A stretch of 64,000 nucleotides of DNA. It comes from Pecten maximus (Eukaryota). Positions 52,001 through 61,763 of this stretch are shown one piece after another (position 1 is the first letter of the stretch; the number at the start of each line of letters is the position of its first letter). The translations under genes and the position numbers were made by a program. The DNA lies in the NCBI RefSeq assembly GCF_902652985.1, contig NC_047021.1, positions 9,238,001 through 9,302,000 on the forward strand. Reading direction: 5' to 3'. The notes under the pieces were generated by a model. That model worked only from the letters and a program-made list of their open reading frames with translations. It made no database searches and was not told the origin of the DNA.

Positions 52001-52777
52001 TCACTGTAGGTATCAACAAATATCTGACACATCTGATTTCATATCGAACAAGAAAATAAAATATTTCAAAATGAGATGATCATGTCAGCCATACAATTTT
52101 TCCAGGGTCTTCATGGACAGTTCCATGAAGTAGAAGACGCTTAACCTTCATAAACCCCTGGTCTTATTATCCCTGTACATTTTCAAGGGTCTCTGATACT
52201 GTCAAATGCTGTGTCAATGAAGAGGGCCAAACATGAATGTGTCTTGTTATACACTTTTTTAAACAATACACTTCTGTGACATCTGATAACACTGTTATTC
52301 AGGTTTGAGTGTATTAGATCTGTAAATCCTATCATATTGTTACTATGGTAACTAAAATGTGTATTCAGCTAACTTCTCATCCATGTCAAAATTGTCATTG
52401 ATTAAAGAATATTTCTCATTCATATTGAAATTGTCATTGATTAAAAATTATTTCTAATCTATATCAAAATTGCCATTGAATCACAAATTATTTCTCCTCC
52501 ATTTCAAAATTATCGTTTTATGTTTGAAAGCTGTTGGTGTGGAACTCTTTTGGAGATTTCTCACCTTGTAAGGTATCATACATTCTTCCATTTAAAACCT
52601 TGATGATGATATAAACTTTCTGTTGCAGGAGGAGGGAATGACTACAGTTACGATGCCTCAAATGGACAACTAGCTAGCATACACCAGCCGGGGAGTATAG
52701 CGTCTCGGACACAAAACCTGGCGTTCCTCTTACAAATCGTGCTGACACTACTGACATTCCTGTTCGTGTTCCACTAG
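12727..52777 (+). CDS. Neuroglian/L1CAM-family Ig-FN3 cell adhesion molecule, 3' part (10 exons: last Ig + 5 FN3 + GPI-type signal); 5' exons lie upstream of the window
   Basis: The ten exons join in frame (1970 nt + 1 upstream phase base = 657 codons including stop). L1/neuroglian-like motifs include CITPPDHPDGNPRNV, IAWMPMPRLYHNGPGFKYIVSW, GYSGEADP, IRGKFRGYK, FKTPEGVPGPV and WLPPDEPNGILKGY. Confidence 0.9.
12999..13960 (+). repeat. About 34-bp minisatellite built from the exon/intron junction of the Ig exon
   Basis: Unit tccattaaa(a/t)gtaagtacaggaagtcgtcataga; the first copy overlaps the exon end and the real donor at 13009. Confidence 0.93.
14665..16185. repeat. 31-bp minisatellite interrupted by insertions
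   Basis: Unit gataatgtcatacctcaccttataacataca at about 14665 (one copy), 14983-15070 and 15831-16185. Confidence 0.9.
15071..15830 (-). mobile_element. Crypton-like (tyrosine recombinase/DUF3504) non-autonomous fragment
   Basis: Inserted into the 31-bp array. It has a 145-bp palindrome at 15074-15218 and the inverted pair ttattatacc/ggtataataa. The minus ORF MAAGGRYRLPTEEELAKLLQEKDSKNTKR..FRHFL..LGECYAGSRK resembles, from memory, the N-terminal region of Crypton/DUF3504 (ZMYM/KCTD1-related) proteins. Confidence 0.65.
18225..19600. repeat. Complex (GA)n / gatgtcatacaga satellite
   Basis: Variable GA runs alternate with atgtcataca or ataccataca; explains the low-complexity RE-rich ORFs. Confidence 0.95.
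19883..20256 (+). CDS. Exon: FN3-1 and start of FN3-2
   Basis: Acceptor tattttcag|, donor |gtaagt, phase 1/0. TPEPPSRV..LSWEAGDDGGSKIISY..LSPWGEYSFRLLARNSIGYSEPS. Confidence 0.95.
20288..20750. repeat. 48-bp minisatellite (about 9 copies)
   Basis: Unit tatcctcaaacaagcccccttcctagtgtaaacgttaactaccatata, starting about 30 bp after an exon donor. Confidence 0.94.
24421..25078. repeat. 35-bp minisatellite (about 18 copies)
   Basis: Unit ccagggtattcctgtctaataccgatacattaatc. Confidence 0.95.
25110..26292 (-). mobile_element. Internally deleted hAT-superfamily DNA transposon
   Basis: TIRs are cagggtagccaac (25110-25122) and gttggcaaccctg (26280-26292), with the direct repeat ctattc on both flanks. 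Minus ORF 25670-25915 carries a degenerate BED/TTF-like zinc finger (W..W....AYCKL..NFSI....DIKRH). A degenerate SLEEEIIDYHL segment near 25300 resembles hAT C-terminal regions. Confidence 0.8.
26293..27167. repeat. 28-bp minisatellite (about 31 copies)
   Basis: Unit ctattcctgtgaatgatataatcccagc. Confidence 0.96.
27195..27435. repeat. 25-bp minisatellite (about 9 copies)
   Basis: Unit tggtataactccatctaaataagta. Confidence 0.9.
28770..29492. repeat. 31-bp minisatellite (about 23 copies)
   Basis: Unit cctggatttcacctagatttacccaccttta. Confidence 0.95.
29550..29810 (+). mobile_element. Degenerate short HINE/Helentron-like element
   Basis: 5' ccctacc..aaaccgggggac, then a ctgtc-rich tract, then a 3' hairpin attgctttagcaat ending in cttg. 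This is the same layout as the intact HINE-like copies. Confidence 0.45.
29910..31474 (+). mobile_element. Non-autonomous Helentron/HINE (DINE-1/pearl-like) element with about 8 copies of a 156-bp central repeat
   Basis: Subterminal inverted repeats gctcacctgg/ccaggtgagc, 5' hairpin gctcacctggaccgaaggtccggtgagc, (cgtc)n microsatellite, 3' hairpin aggccccatgggcct, T-rich insertion site. Confidence 0.85.
32757..34280. repeat. 31-bp minisatellite (about 49 copies)
   Basis: Unit ctgtcacaagatggcagtcttaagatact(g/c)t. Confidence 0.96.
34777..35008 (+). CDS. Exon: rest of FN3-2
   Basis: Acceptor tatttcag|, donor |gtgagt, phase 0/1. PMPRLYHNGPGFKYIVSWRP..YEIMVKSGNDIG..GYSGEA. Confidence 0.95.
35318..35448 (+). 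CDS. Exon: first half of FN3-3 (not in the ORF track)
   Basis: Acceptor cttctttttcag|, donor |gtaggt, phase 1/0. DPIVSPKDFRLDPTQPIEAHTANFIWESVDTSEEKIRGKFRGYK. Confidence 0.92.
36923..37133 (+). CDS. Exon: second half of FN3-3
   Basis: Acceptor ctttttttag|, donor |gtaacc, phase 0/1. LRYWKSSEG..GLPAYTALRAQVAVMNGHYTGMPSQTIDFKTPEG. Confidence 0.92.
38120..38242 (+). CDS. Exon: first half of FN3-4 (not in the ORF track)
   Basis: Acceptor ttttcacag|, donor |gtgggt, phase 1/1. VPGPVRKLHVEKRGKSYILLKWLPPDEPNGILKGYDIGYQP. Confidence 0.92.
39464..39646 (+). CDS. Exon: second half of FN3-4
   Basis: Pyrimidine tract then aaactag|, donor |gtaagt, phase 1/1. VIGDKYG..IRGLQTNHNYRFYVWARTKTGRG..VKTADGS. Confidence 0.92.
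40562..40900 (+). mobile_element. Possible old HINE-like remnant
   Basis: Starts ttttatccccc..gggata, followed by (gtct)n and aaacttggtac. Heavily degenerate. Confidence 0.3.
41350..41507. repeat. About 40-bp tandem repeat (4 copies)
   Basis: Unit taacatattatctttgtagtaaattcaaaacaaagctaat. Confidence 0.85.
43523..44903 (+). mobile_element. Second copy of the same HINE/Helentron-like family (about 7 x 156-bp central repeat)
   Basis: Same termini (ttagctcacctggaccgaaggtccggtg ... caggtgagtgatacaggccccatgggcctcttgtt) and the same 156-bp unit as 29910-31474. Confidence 0.87.
45765..46470. repeat. 28-bp minisatellite (about 25 copies)
   Basis: Unit ttctgatttctaagggatattcaactcg. Confidence 0.94.
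46917..47036 (+). CDS. Exon: first half of FN3-5
   Basis: Acceptor atatacag|, donor |gtaaac, phase 1/1, 120 nt. PVIPNPILSAVESTSINITW..YLLEYRPE. Confidence 0.88.
48766..48930 (+). CDS. Exon: second half of FN3-5
   Basis: The in-frame acceptor is aag| at 48765; donor |gtaagc, phase 1/1, 165 nt. GQSDW..LNGLLPNTKYDVRLVAMNRVG..IVTTPKQ. Confidence 0.87.
49725..50275. repeat. About 34-bp minisatellite (about 16 copies)
   Basis: Unit agagagaatttcacttctcatctctagttaagca. Confidence 0.92.
51010..51425. repeat. 37-bp minisatellite (about 11 copies)
   Basis: Unit gacaggtttgatgattttgagagaaggtactgggaat. Confidence 0.93.
52629..52777 (+). CDS. Terminal coding exon: GPI-anchor-type C-terminal signal
   Basis: Acceptor ctttctgttgcag|, phase 1. 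GGGNDYSYDASNGQLASIHQPGSIASRTQNLAFLLQIVLTLLTFLFVFH*: small residues, a polar spacer, then a hydrophobic tail ending at the stop codon. Confidence 0.82.
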
Positions 52778-55700
52778 AGAATTCTGTGATAGATTCTTAT
52801 TTCAATATTTTTGTAAAAACTAAACTTAATAGGTCATCCTTTCTGTTTAAATTCCACACACACCAGTAATCACCTTTGTAATTCAAAAATGGAATTGTCC
52901 ATCCTGTGATGTTTAGGTGTGCCATTGTGATTTCAAGGGTGAATCCAACTGATCTCAATCCAATCCATTGTGATGCCAACAGAAATGGAGACGGTTGAGG
53001 TACTATGAAGGATGTTCTCCCTATGTCCAGGACTGTGATTCAAAGGTAAAGTGTAATGGAATTAATCTATAAATAGATCAAAGATGCACCTGCTGACCTT
53101 GTTATCACTACAAAAAACCTTACACTGTGATCAAAAGACCACAAGCACTGGATGTAATCGTGATCCATACTGGATACAAATTAAATGGATGGGAACTCTT
53201 CAATGAAAGCCTCAAATGGACGACGAATTTATTCGTAAGGGCTAAATTCAATTAATCTAGCCAACATCAACCAACTACAGGAAATTGAAAAATGAAACAA
53301 AACTTTCTAAAGCAGAAAGTTTGTGTAGTTGGAAAAGCGTAATGGTATTTTGAGTGAGAATAAGTCTTTGACAAACTGAATGGACCATTACTAGTGCAAA
53401 AATGGAGAACTGTGTGATTCTGTAATAGAAAACATACATGAAATACTCAGTATTTGATCCAACATGACGCACAGTGTAACAGAATAGCCAAAGACCTATG
53501 TTGACACTGTGTATAAAAACCCAGGATATACAAAAAGGAACCAGGATGTTGGATCAAGTGTTGTAACCATGGTTGCTTAGAGCACAAACATTGGAGTTGT
53601 GACAACTCACTATGGAACTCTTGTTCAGTGATATTGATAGGAGATGAAAGGTACAAGGACCATTTTAGTATGGCGTGAACTTGTAAATGGAAAATGATGG
53701 CTTCCTATGTAGGCAGATGTCGAAGAAAGAAGGAGAAAAAAACAAGCTTTTATGGGGACCACTAAAACTCTCGCCGTTATCTTACCTTAGGACAGATGTA
53801 TGAAAGTTCCTGGTAACAAGGCTTTTAACAGCTATCAGTAGTGAGGTAGACAACAACATGGAAGATGTGAAGGAACTCATTGTCAACTTTAAAAACAGGA
53901 AATATGATTACTGATGTTCATGTGGGGAATATATTACTAGTATTATCAGTGTTGAGTAAATGTGGTCATTATAGATTAATCTACATTGTGTAGTTCGTAT
54001 ATAAATGGCCTCCTGTCTGTACCTAGGGTTACTATGGAAACAAGAACAATCGGTATCCAAGTCATACAAAATGTACATGTGGATTACTCAGAAAATTAAT
54101 GATTTTTGCATAAATAAATCACCACTTCTTGAGATTGTAGTGTCTGTGCATACAGTCAGGCCACCCTCTAAGATAAATTTTCAGCCATATATATATAGGG
54201 AACGTTTCTGTTGATGATGGACTATATCCAATGTCTTGGATGTCACTACAGAAGGTTCCTGAATCAATCTAACAGTACTATCCTCATCCTTTCCACCTCT
54301 TGTGTTACTATAACCTGATGATAATCATACAAGATGGTACAGTATCATTTTCACCAAAAAGTAAGCGTTTTCCATTGGCCATGATTGAAATTCCAATTTC
54401 TGCAGAGAAATAAATAAATCTGCAGGTTATATTCCGCTCAAACCTTCCAGATTGATTAATATGTGGGTAATTATGTAAATAATCCCGACAATTACTAACC
54501 ATTTTGTAAGCTTCCAAATTTGTCTCTTATACAACAAAATATATTGAAATAAAATTCCTTGCTTGGGTGGAAATGTTCCAATATGTCACTGTCAGCTAGT
54601 GCTTCATGCTTCCTGCGGTTCACTGAAAACAACAAGTAACATTTCAAAGATTTAACTGTGGGTGGGAGAATACGGGTGGAACTAGAGATCAGTGATCCTC
54701 ATGTGTGATGTTAAATGCTTCACTCAAGGTCGTCTGTCAGCTTCGTGACAAATGCTGAGTAGCATGGAGGTCAAATTGGTGCGTTGCATTGACTGCAGTA
54801 CTGCCAATCAACACTTCCTTTGGAGTTCATTTTTTTGTCATTTATAATTGAATCAACTGCTGAGATTGTTAAAGAAAAATATATGCAATCTTGTCCAAAT
54901 TGACAAATTGTTATAAGTAATAGAGATTTTTTTTTTTGTCTTTTTTTTTCTTTAAAAAAAAATCAATAACATGTGCTGAATGCACCTGTAGACCTGAAAT
55001 GTAAATTAATTGCTTTTAATTAAATTGGTAGTATGCACCAAACATGCCAGAGGAAGAAGTTAATAGTGATTTTTGTGGCAGTGTTTAAACAAAGATGAAA
55101 ATCAATACATATCCAATGTTAATCTTTTAAATGAATGCAAGTACAAACTTAAGTCTTTAGGTTACATGTATAAAGATATGTTTCCTTTTTTCTCGTTAAT
55201 GGGGTAACCAGGTTCAATAAACAATATGAAAATTGTGTAAAGATAACATGAATTGTTTTGTAGTCTTATACAAGCTCTGAGTCACTCACGGTAATATTAA
55301 ACTTAATTGTTTTATTAAACAGATTTATAATACAATGTATGGCTTGGATAGAACCAATATCTCAGTATATATAAGTTTAACAAATATTTGAAATACTTTA
55401 TACTGGTTTTGTTAAACAAAATTATAACCTGTGATGAATTTAAACTAACATTTGTAATTTGTTATTACTGGTCAAAACATACTCGGTACTTCATGAATGA
55501 ATTTGATGAGATTTTTTGGTGTGTTCCTCACTGAAACTCCTGTCTGAGGTATGTCTACAGAGGATCCTTGTTAGTCAAGTTGTGATTTGGTTTTTTTTTA
55601 TTCAGTCACTTCCTGTATGCCTATTTGAACACTGTTTGGATTTGTGGATATTTTCTGAATATTCCTATTTACCAATAGACGCTTTATAATTACATTTGTA

Positions 55701-56425
55701 AATTATTTTTTGGATGTTAACATTCAGACTCCTTCTGGATGTATTCAGGCATTTCCTGGGTGTCAATATTCTGTCATTATTCTGCATGTTGATATCCAAG
55801 AACATTTAATTTAGTTGTTTTATTTATGTTTTCCCTCAGATAATGGTTGAGATCACATCAAGACTTACAAGGTTCCTCTGTCATTGTGTAGAATATATGA
55901 GTATGTATAACCATATGTAATGTTCCTTCACTGCTCATGTGCCATGATATTTATACAATGTTATTTGACCACTCATTCTGTTGCACTCGGTTGTGAATTT
56001 GTAAATAGTTTGACAAATAACAAACTCCCAACAACATGACCCTATGTATATGTATGTGTTTATAAGACTTTTTTGTTTTATATATATTTCTCATCCTGTA
56101 ACATAATGACAAACCACAAGTCTTTTGTGGTTGGATGTATATATCATACAGAATTATTTGTATCATCAATATGACCGTTATGTATGCTGAATTTTAATAG
56201 ACAAAACCTGAGAACTATATTCATACCAATACCCCAATGTCATATGTACCCACCTATAAACTTACTGAATTAGTATTTAAAATCAAATCAAGGTCACATG
56301 ATTGAAATATCTTTGATTTCCTTTAGGTTGCTCACATTCATTTGTGGACCTTTCAACAAGCCAATATTTTAAAACAACACCTTTCAAGCTGGTTTTGGTG
56401 GACTAACTGGATTTTGGAAATAAAA
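52778..56425 (+). other. Probable long 3' UTR of the adhesion gene (end uncertain)
   Basis: Repeat-free AT-rich stretch after the stop, with AATAAA hexamers near 54113, 54409, 55216 and 56419. The real end cannot be fixed from sequence alone. Confidence 0.35.
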
Positions 56426-58168
56426 AAGGATATTTTGTTAATAATCGATATCTAAGGTTAATGAGGGTGAGCGTTGTGAGTTTCCCTCCAAAATAGAAGT
56501 ATTATTTTACTAGAGGACTTATCATTCAGGAATCCTTGGTGTCTTTTATCATTTCACACGTCTTAATTGTTTAAAATCAAAAATAGTATTTACAGACATG
56601 ACACAAATATTCTCAAGTCCCACCTTCCATCTTTCTAAAAAAAAAAAAAAAAAAAAATTAAAAATAGGTGTGCGAGTGGTAAAAGTGTAGAATATCTTAG
56701 ATTTCAGTCGGCAATTCATAAGTGAGTCAGAGTTGAGTCAAATGAACTCCTGCTTTCAATAGACTCATAACAACATCTGATCATGTTCGTGGATCACTTG
56801 ATTATAAACCCCCTTTCAACACCTTTCCCCAAAGCTGCCATTTCATTGGAATGATCAAATTCAAATTTAGCATAACTACCATAATAATGTATAGAAGACG
56901 ACCATGTTTTTAATGAAAGTGCTGAATGCTGTTACTGGTGGTACAAGGGAAATATGACTTGATGGTCCAGGTGGAGTCTTTTCTTCTTCTTTTTCCTCTT
57001 TTCATTTTCTGTGAGTACTTAATATCAATGCCATGTCCCTAAAGACTTTCATGAAAACTTCCAGTTTTGTAGAAGCTTTGCACAAATATTTTATTTCTAT
57101 TTCCAATTCCAAAACCTTGATATACTGAGCTGACTTGATATATTGTTTATACAAGGTTGTGTTATCATTGTCATTTTTTTCAAAGTGACCATGACCTTGA
57201 AATGACCTTAATAGATATTGATATGATTACATATTGTGCCATTTAGATTTGTATTACCTATATGTATTTATTATTGAAGATCTAGTCAGAGCACCAAATG
57301 ATTTTACTGTATTTTCTGTTTGTTACTGTGGTGTAGGTTTAGTAATATTATTGAATAGCCAGTTTGATATTTATTTGTGTGTCAACTACAGATTTATCTC
57401 CTGTTAACTATGATGAAAGGGCACGACCCTGTAAAAATATGAAAAACAAAAACTACTCCATAAGGTATAGTGATATAAATAAGGGGAGTAATCCTGGAGG
57501 AAAATGTCAGAAAGGGGAGATTACTCTTTCAAATATTATGTTTTCCTGTTAACGTTGTTATTATGTATATTGTATTGGGGTATATTCTTAATTGTAGGAA
57601 ATTGTTGCATTAGAAATTTTTAATAAGATTTAAGCATTCTCCTGTTAAGTGATAAAGGGAAGTAATTGTATGCGTAAGAAGGAGACAAATATATGGATCA
57701 AGAATATGTACATTTCTACTCATCTGGTGTGTTTATTTGCTAGTCATTATTATTGTCAATACAACAGCTTTAATTATTTAGTCACTATAAATGCTGTATA
57801 AGGTATTAAGATGCTAGTACAGGTCCGGACATATTGATAGGATTTGTACCACACGGTTGTGCTAATTGAGATCATGTTACTGATCTACTCATTATTACCA
57901 CTATAAATGTTATTTTTTATCTATCACGTACGTATGTGTGGTGCATGCAAGGATGACATGAATATCAATTTGTATGGCATGAAAGTGGGATTGTAAAGCT
58001 TGTGTACATAGTAATACCTATAAATATATATATATATACTGTCCCGGAGTAATGTATGCAGGATGAGACTTAGAACCAGTGTATTTGAAAACCTTTTGGC
58101 GTCATTCCATTTTTCACTTGTTAGTTATTATTTTGTACAAATGGACAGAGCCCTGGTGGGCTCAAAAT

Positions 58169-58446
58169 AAGGGAGGTAACAAGTATTGTTAATGTGACTG
58201 TCGTACACAAGGGAGGTACCCAATATTGTGACTGTCGTACACAAGGGAGGTACCCAATATTGTGACTGTCGTACACAAGGGAGGTACCCAATAATGTGAC
58301 TGTCGTACACAAGGGAGGTACCCAATAATGTGACTGTCGTACACAAGGGAGGTACCCAATATTGTGACTGTCGTACACAAGGGAGGTACCCAATAATGTG
58401 ACTGTCGTACACAAGGGAGGTACCCAATATTGTGACTGTCGTACAT
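58169..58446. repeat. 34-bp minisatellite (about 8 copies)
   Basis: Unit aagggaggtacccaatattgtgactgtcgtacac. Confidence 0.94.
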
Positions 58447-61400
58447 GTGTTGATCATCAGACTGTGGTAAAAATTCTACATTTTTTTATAGGAATAACTA
58501 TGATCGGTGTATTCTGTTTGATTTTTAATCCAACTTTTCAAACTATGTTGAGTCTTCCTTTTATTTTCCTGTTCTGTTCTTCATTGCTTTCTTTGTGCCA
58601 AATGTTGAAACTTTCTTTGGTCGTACCTGTCTGGAATCACTCTAGCATTGTGCCATATCTTTTGAAGTTCCCTGGCCGGGTCGTCTTGCTGCTGTAGATA
58701 CAGAGGGCACTGCTGCCGCGCACCACGTTGGCCGTCTTTCTGTTTATGCAAGAAAAGCAATAATTTTTCCTTACAAACTTTTTCTTCTTCATCCCTTTCT
58801 ACTTTGTTTTTCACAAGGGAGTAGACTGAATTTCATATTACCTTATTCTTAAGAAACTACTATCTTTAGTTATTATTTTAATTTTATAAGCATTATTTAC
58901 ATGTAAGGTGCTGAATTAAAGATTTTAAACACGTTATTTCATTGAAGACAATGCTAATATCATTCAATAATTTGTGATACTGTAAGCGTTTTGTTACGAC
59001 GCAATCAATTTTAGTATATAACATAATTAAAAAAGATAGATTTAGAAAGCACAATGATTAATTGACAGAGTATTTTTCATTGTGAACAGTTTAAAGTATT
59101 TGTAATTAACACAATCAAAGTTTAACAGAATGGGTTCAGTATGAAAAGCACTAAAGATATTAGCATGTTAAGAAAATGTTAACAATACAATGAATTGAGA
59201 AAAAATTCATTCATTATCATTTTATGTTTAAGTGATAAAGCTATTGACTTTAAACCATTACAGGTCATAGTACAGTATTCTCAAAAGCAGTATAGCAATA
59301 TATAATGATCCTCAAAAACTACTTCTCATGAAATGTCCCTTCCGATTTGTTGTAAGTCAGCTGGTTGAGACCAGGGATACTTTGTTACTATAGAGGATTT
59401 GGTTTGTAGTGTTTTATCTATGTTAAAGGAGTCCTGTGTTGTCTGTTATGTTTGAATTCAAGTCATTATTGTTAATCATACAACTATTGTAGAACTGCAA
59501 TCAAAATTTGTTTGTAAATAGGTAAGCATTTTGATTGTTTAAATTCAGTTTTACAGAATCATATGGTCGAAGTATGCTCAAACAGGCATGGCAAGACATG
59601 GCACGATCATTCTAGGGGTAAATAGAACAATGTTGTGTTTAAAAAGACAGGATTTTAATATATCAAACACAAGATAATGGTCAGTGAAATATGATAAAGA
59701 ATAAAACCAACAGATTAGGGCATTCAAACACCAATACAGTACAGCTATTCCACAGTCATCATTTAACAAAGATATACTACTGGTAAATAGGGTAAAATAT
59801 TCCTACTTTGACTTACACCAGCCGACCAAGGTCATACTTTAATGGTATAATTAAATCTAACAGTGACACCAGTTAAATTACTATTTAATACCAGAAAAAA
59901 AACATTCATAATTCAATGATGCAGCACGGGCAGAAAAAAAAACATATTTAAAAAATGTTTTAACATATTTTTTTGGTATGAATACATTAATACTTTAAAA
60001 AGGTACCAACATACCTAGGTTGAGTACATGTATACACTATCTACTGCTTCAGTATGTCAGCATTCATTGTTTCAGCAAATGAGCGCTAGCATTTCTGTAT
60101 TTCTTATATCTTGATATCTAAAGCTTCCTGTCTGAGAAATAATTACCCAAACGTTGCCAATAACTCTAATTTATACTTGAACCCTATTGATTGTGTGTTT
60201 GAACTGGCACCAGAATTCATTACATTCTCCTGAAACTTGACTTCTTCCAAATGATATGAGTCATAATCGAACCATTTTAGATTCATGAGAACTAGAATGC
60301 TTTTCATTAAAATAACACCTTGGAATCATGTATTTTGAATTATTAGAGCAACCGTTGAGAGTAGATGGCCCTTTTGTGGATTGCGCTTCTGTGCCAAGAA
60401 GATATCCCATCCTGAACTGGTCCTCTGGCATTAATTAGGGTAGAGTTATTCATGGCTGAGGAAGAGAAATAAACTTCCACACGACAGTACACAAGAGATC
60501 TGTTACCTTTTACCTTCACAGTTTTAAATCAACTTAATGATAAAAACCCCATCCTGATTGTTTAAATGATGATTGTTTAAATGATTCTTCTGTAAAAATC
60601 AGAGCCAATTTATCTATGATGTATTGGAATATTGTTTATTTAAAAAACAGAGGATCATTTGGAAAAGGAAAGTTTTACATTCAGTCCTATTTATATTTAT
60701 ATATACACAATGTATATAGTATGGAGGGCTATTTCAATTTAACCACTAAAATAAACTGTAATTATTTCTATTGTGGACTCCATGCTCAGTGGTGCCAATG
60801 ACAAGATTAATTGATTGTCCTTGTCATTTAATATTTACTGTTCATAAAATTACACTTGTTCCTACTTTGTTAACTACTTACAAAAGTAATCCATCATAAA
60901 TAATTTCCAATTGAGCATTTTGAAATTTTATAGTGAATGTAAAAAATAAAAAATCTACTCTCAAAATTCCTTGTTCACCAACAAATGCCTTGTGGAATGA
61001 TTTGTGTCTATATTAACTTCCAAAAGGAATGATGTCATCACATATAATCTCTACTGTATATCACATCACTTTATTTTACTTCACATTGTTATTTAAAGCA
61101 GTAGTGTGATGAACGTCAAATTTATATAATTATATAAAAAAAAAAAAGGTCCTGATGGTGTATACCCTTTACTAGGCCCTGCTCATGCATATCTTACCTC
61201 AGTGATTCCGGTGAGGCCCGTTTACAAACCATAGCGTACCTGTATTACCTGATTGATGTCGTGTCACCTGTATGATGACATTTGACCATATAAGCTTAAT
61301 CTAGATCTATTATACCAGTTCCAAGTGGTGTTAAATTTCCTGGACGATGTCCATAGGATGTCAGTTTTGTATGACGTCACACGTATGAGGTTGGCGTTAC

Positions 61401-61763
61401 CTATATGACCTGTATGGTGTTACCTATATGTTCTGTAGCTGTTCTTTTTGTTTGTTACCTGTGTTTTGCCTGGCGTCATTCTGTATGTACACCCCTTGGT
61501 TGTCAGTAGACCAGAGGTATACTCATCGCGTCTCACAAGGTCTCACAAACAACGCAATCCTTGTAATGTACATTTTCATTGGTTAATATCACATTGTATA
61601 TTTTATCATGTCACAAATTTGAATAAATTAAATTGCTCATAAAATATCTCACTAGTCGTTTTATTGTTTGTATTATTTTTATTCTAGTTTAAGTTATATG
61701 TGATCAAAGAAATATTTCATTTGACATTTACATGGAGACACAAGCATACATGTAAAAACATAA

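Noticed and set aside
56840-56860. ttcattgga (FIG) as a FIGQY exon
   Set aside because: It continues FIGMIK, with no cytoplasmic-domain context or suitable exon.
61200-61600. Promoter-like patch with TGACGTCA (61372) and ATTGG
   Set aside because: Isolated short motifs with no associated gene start.
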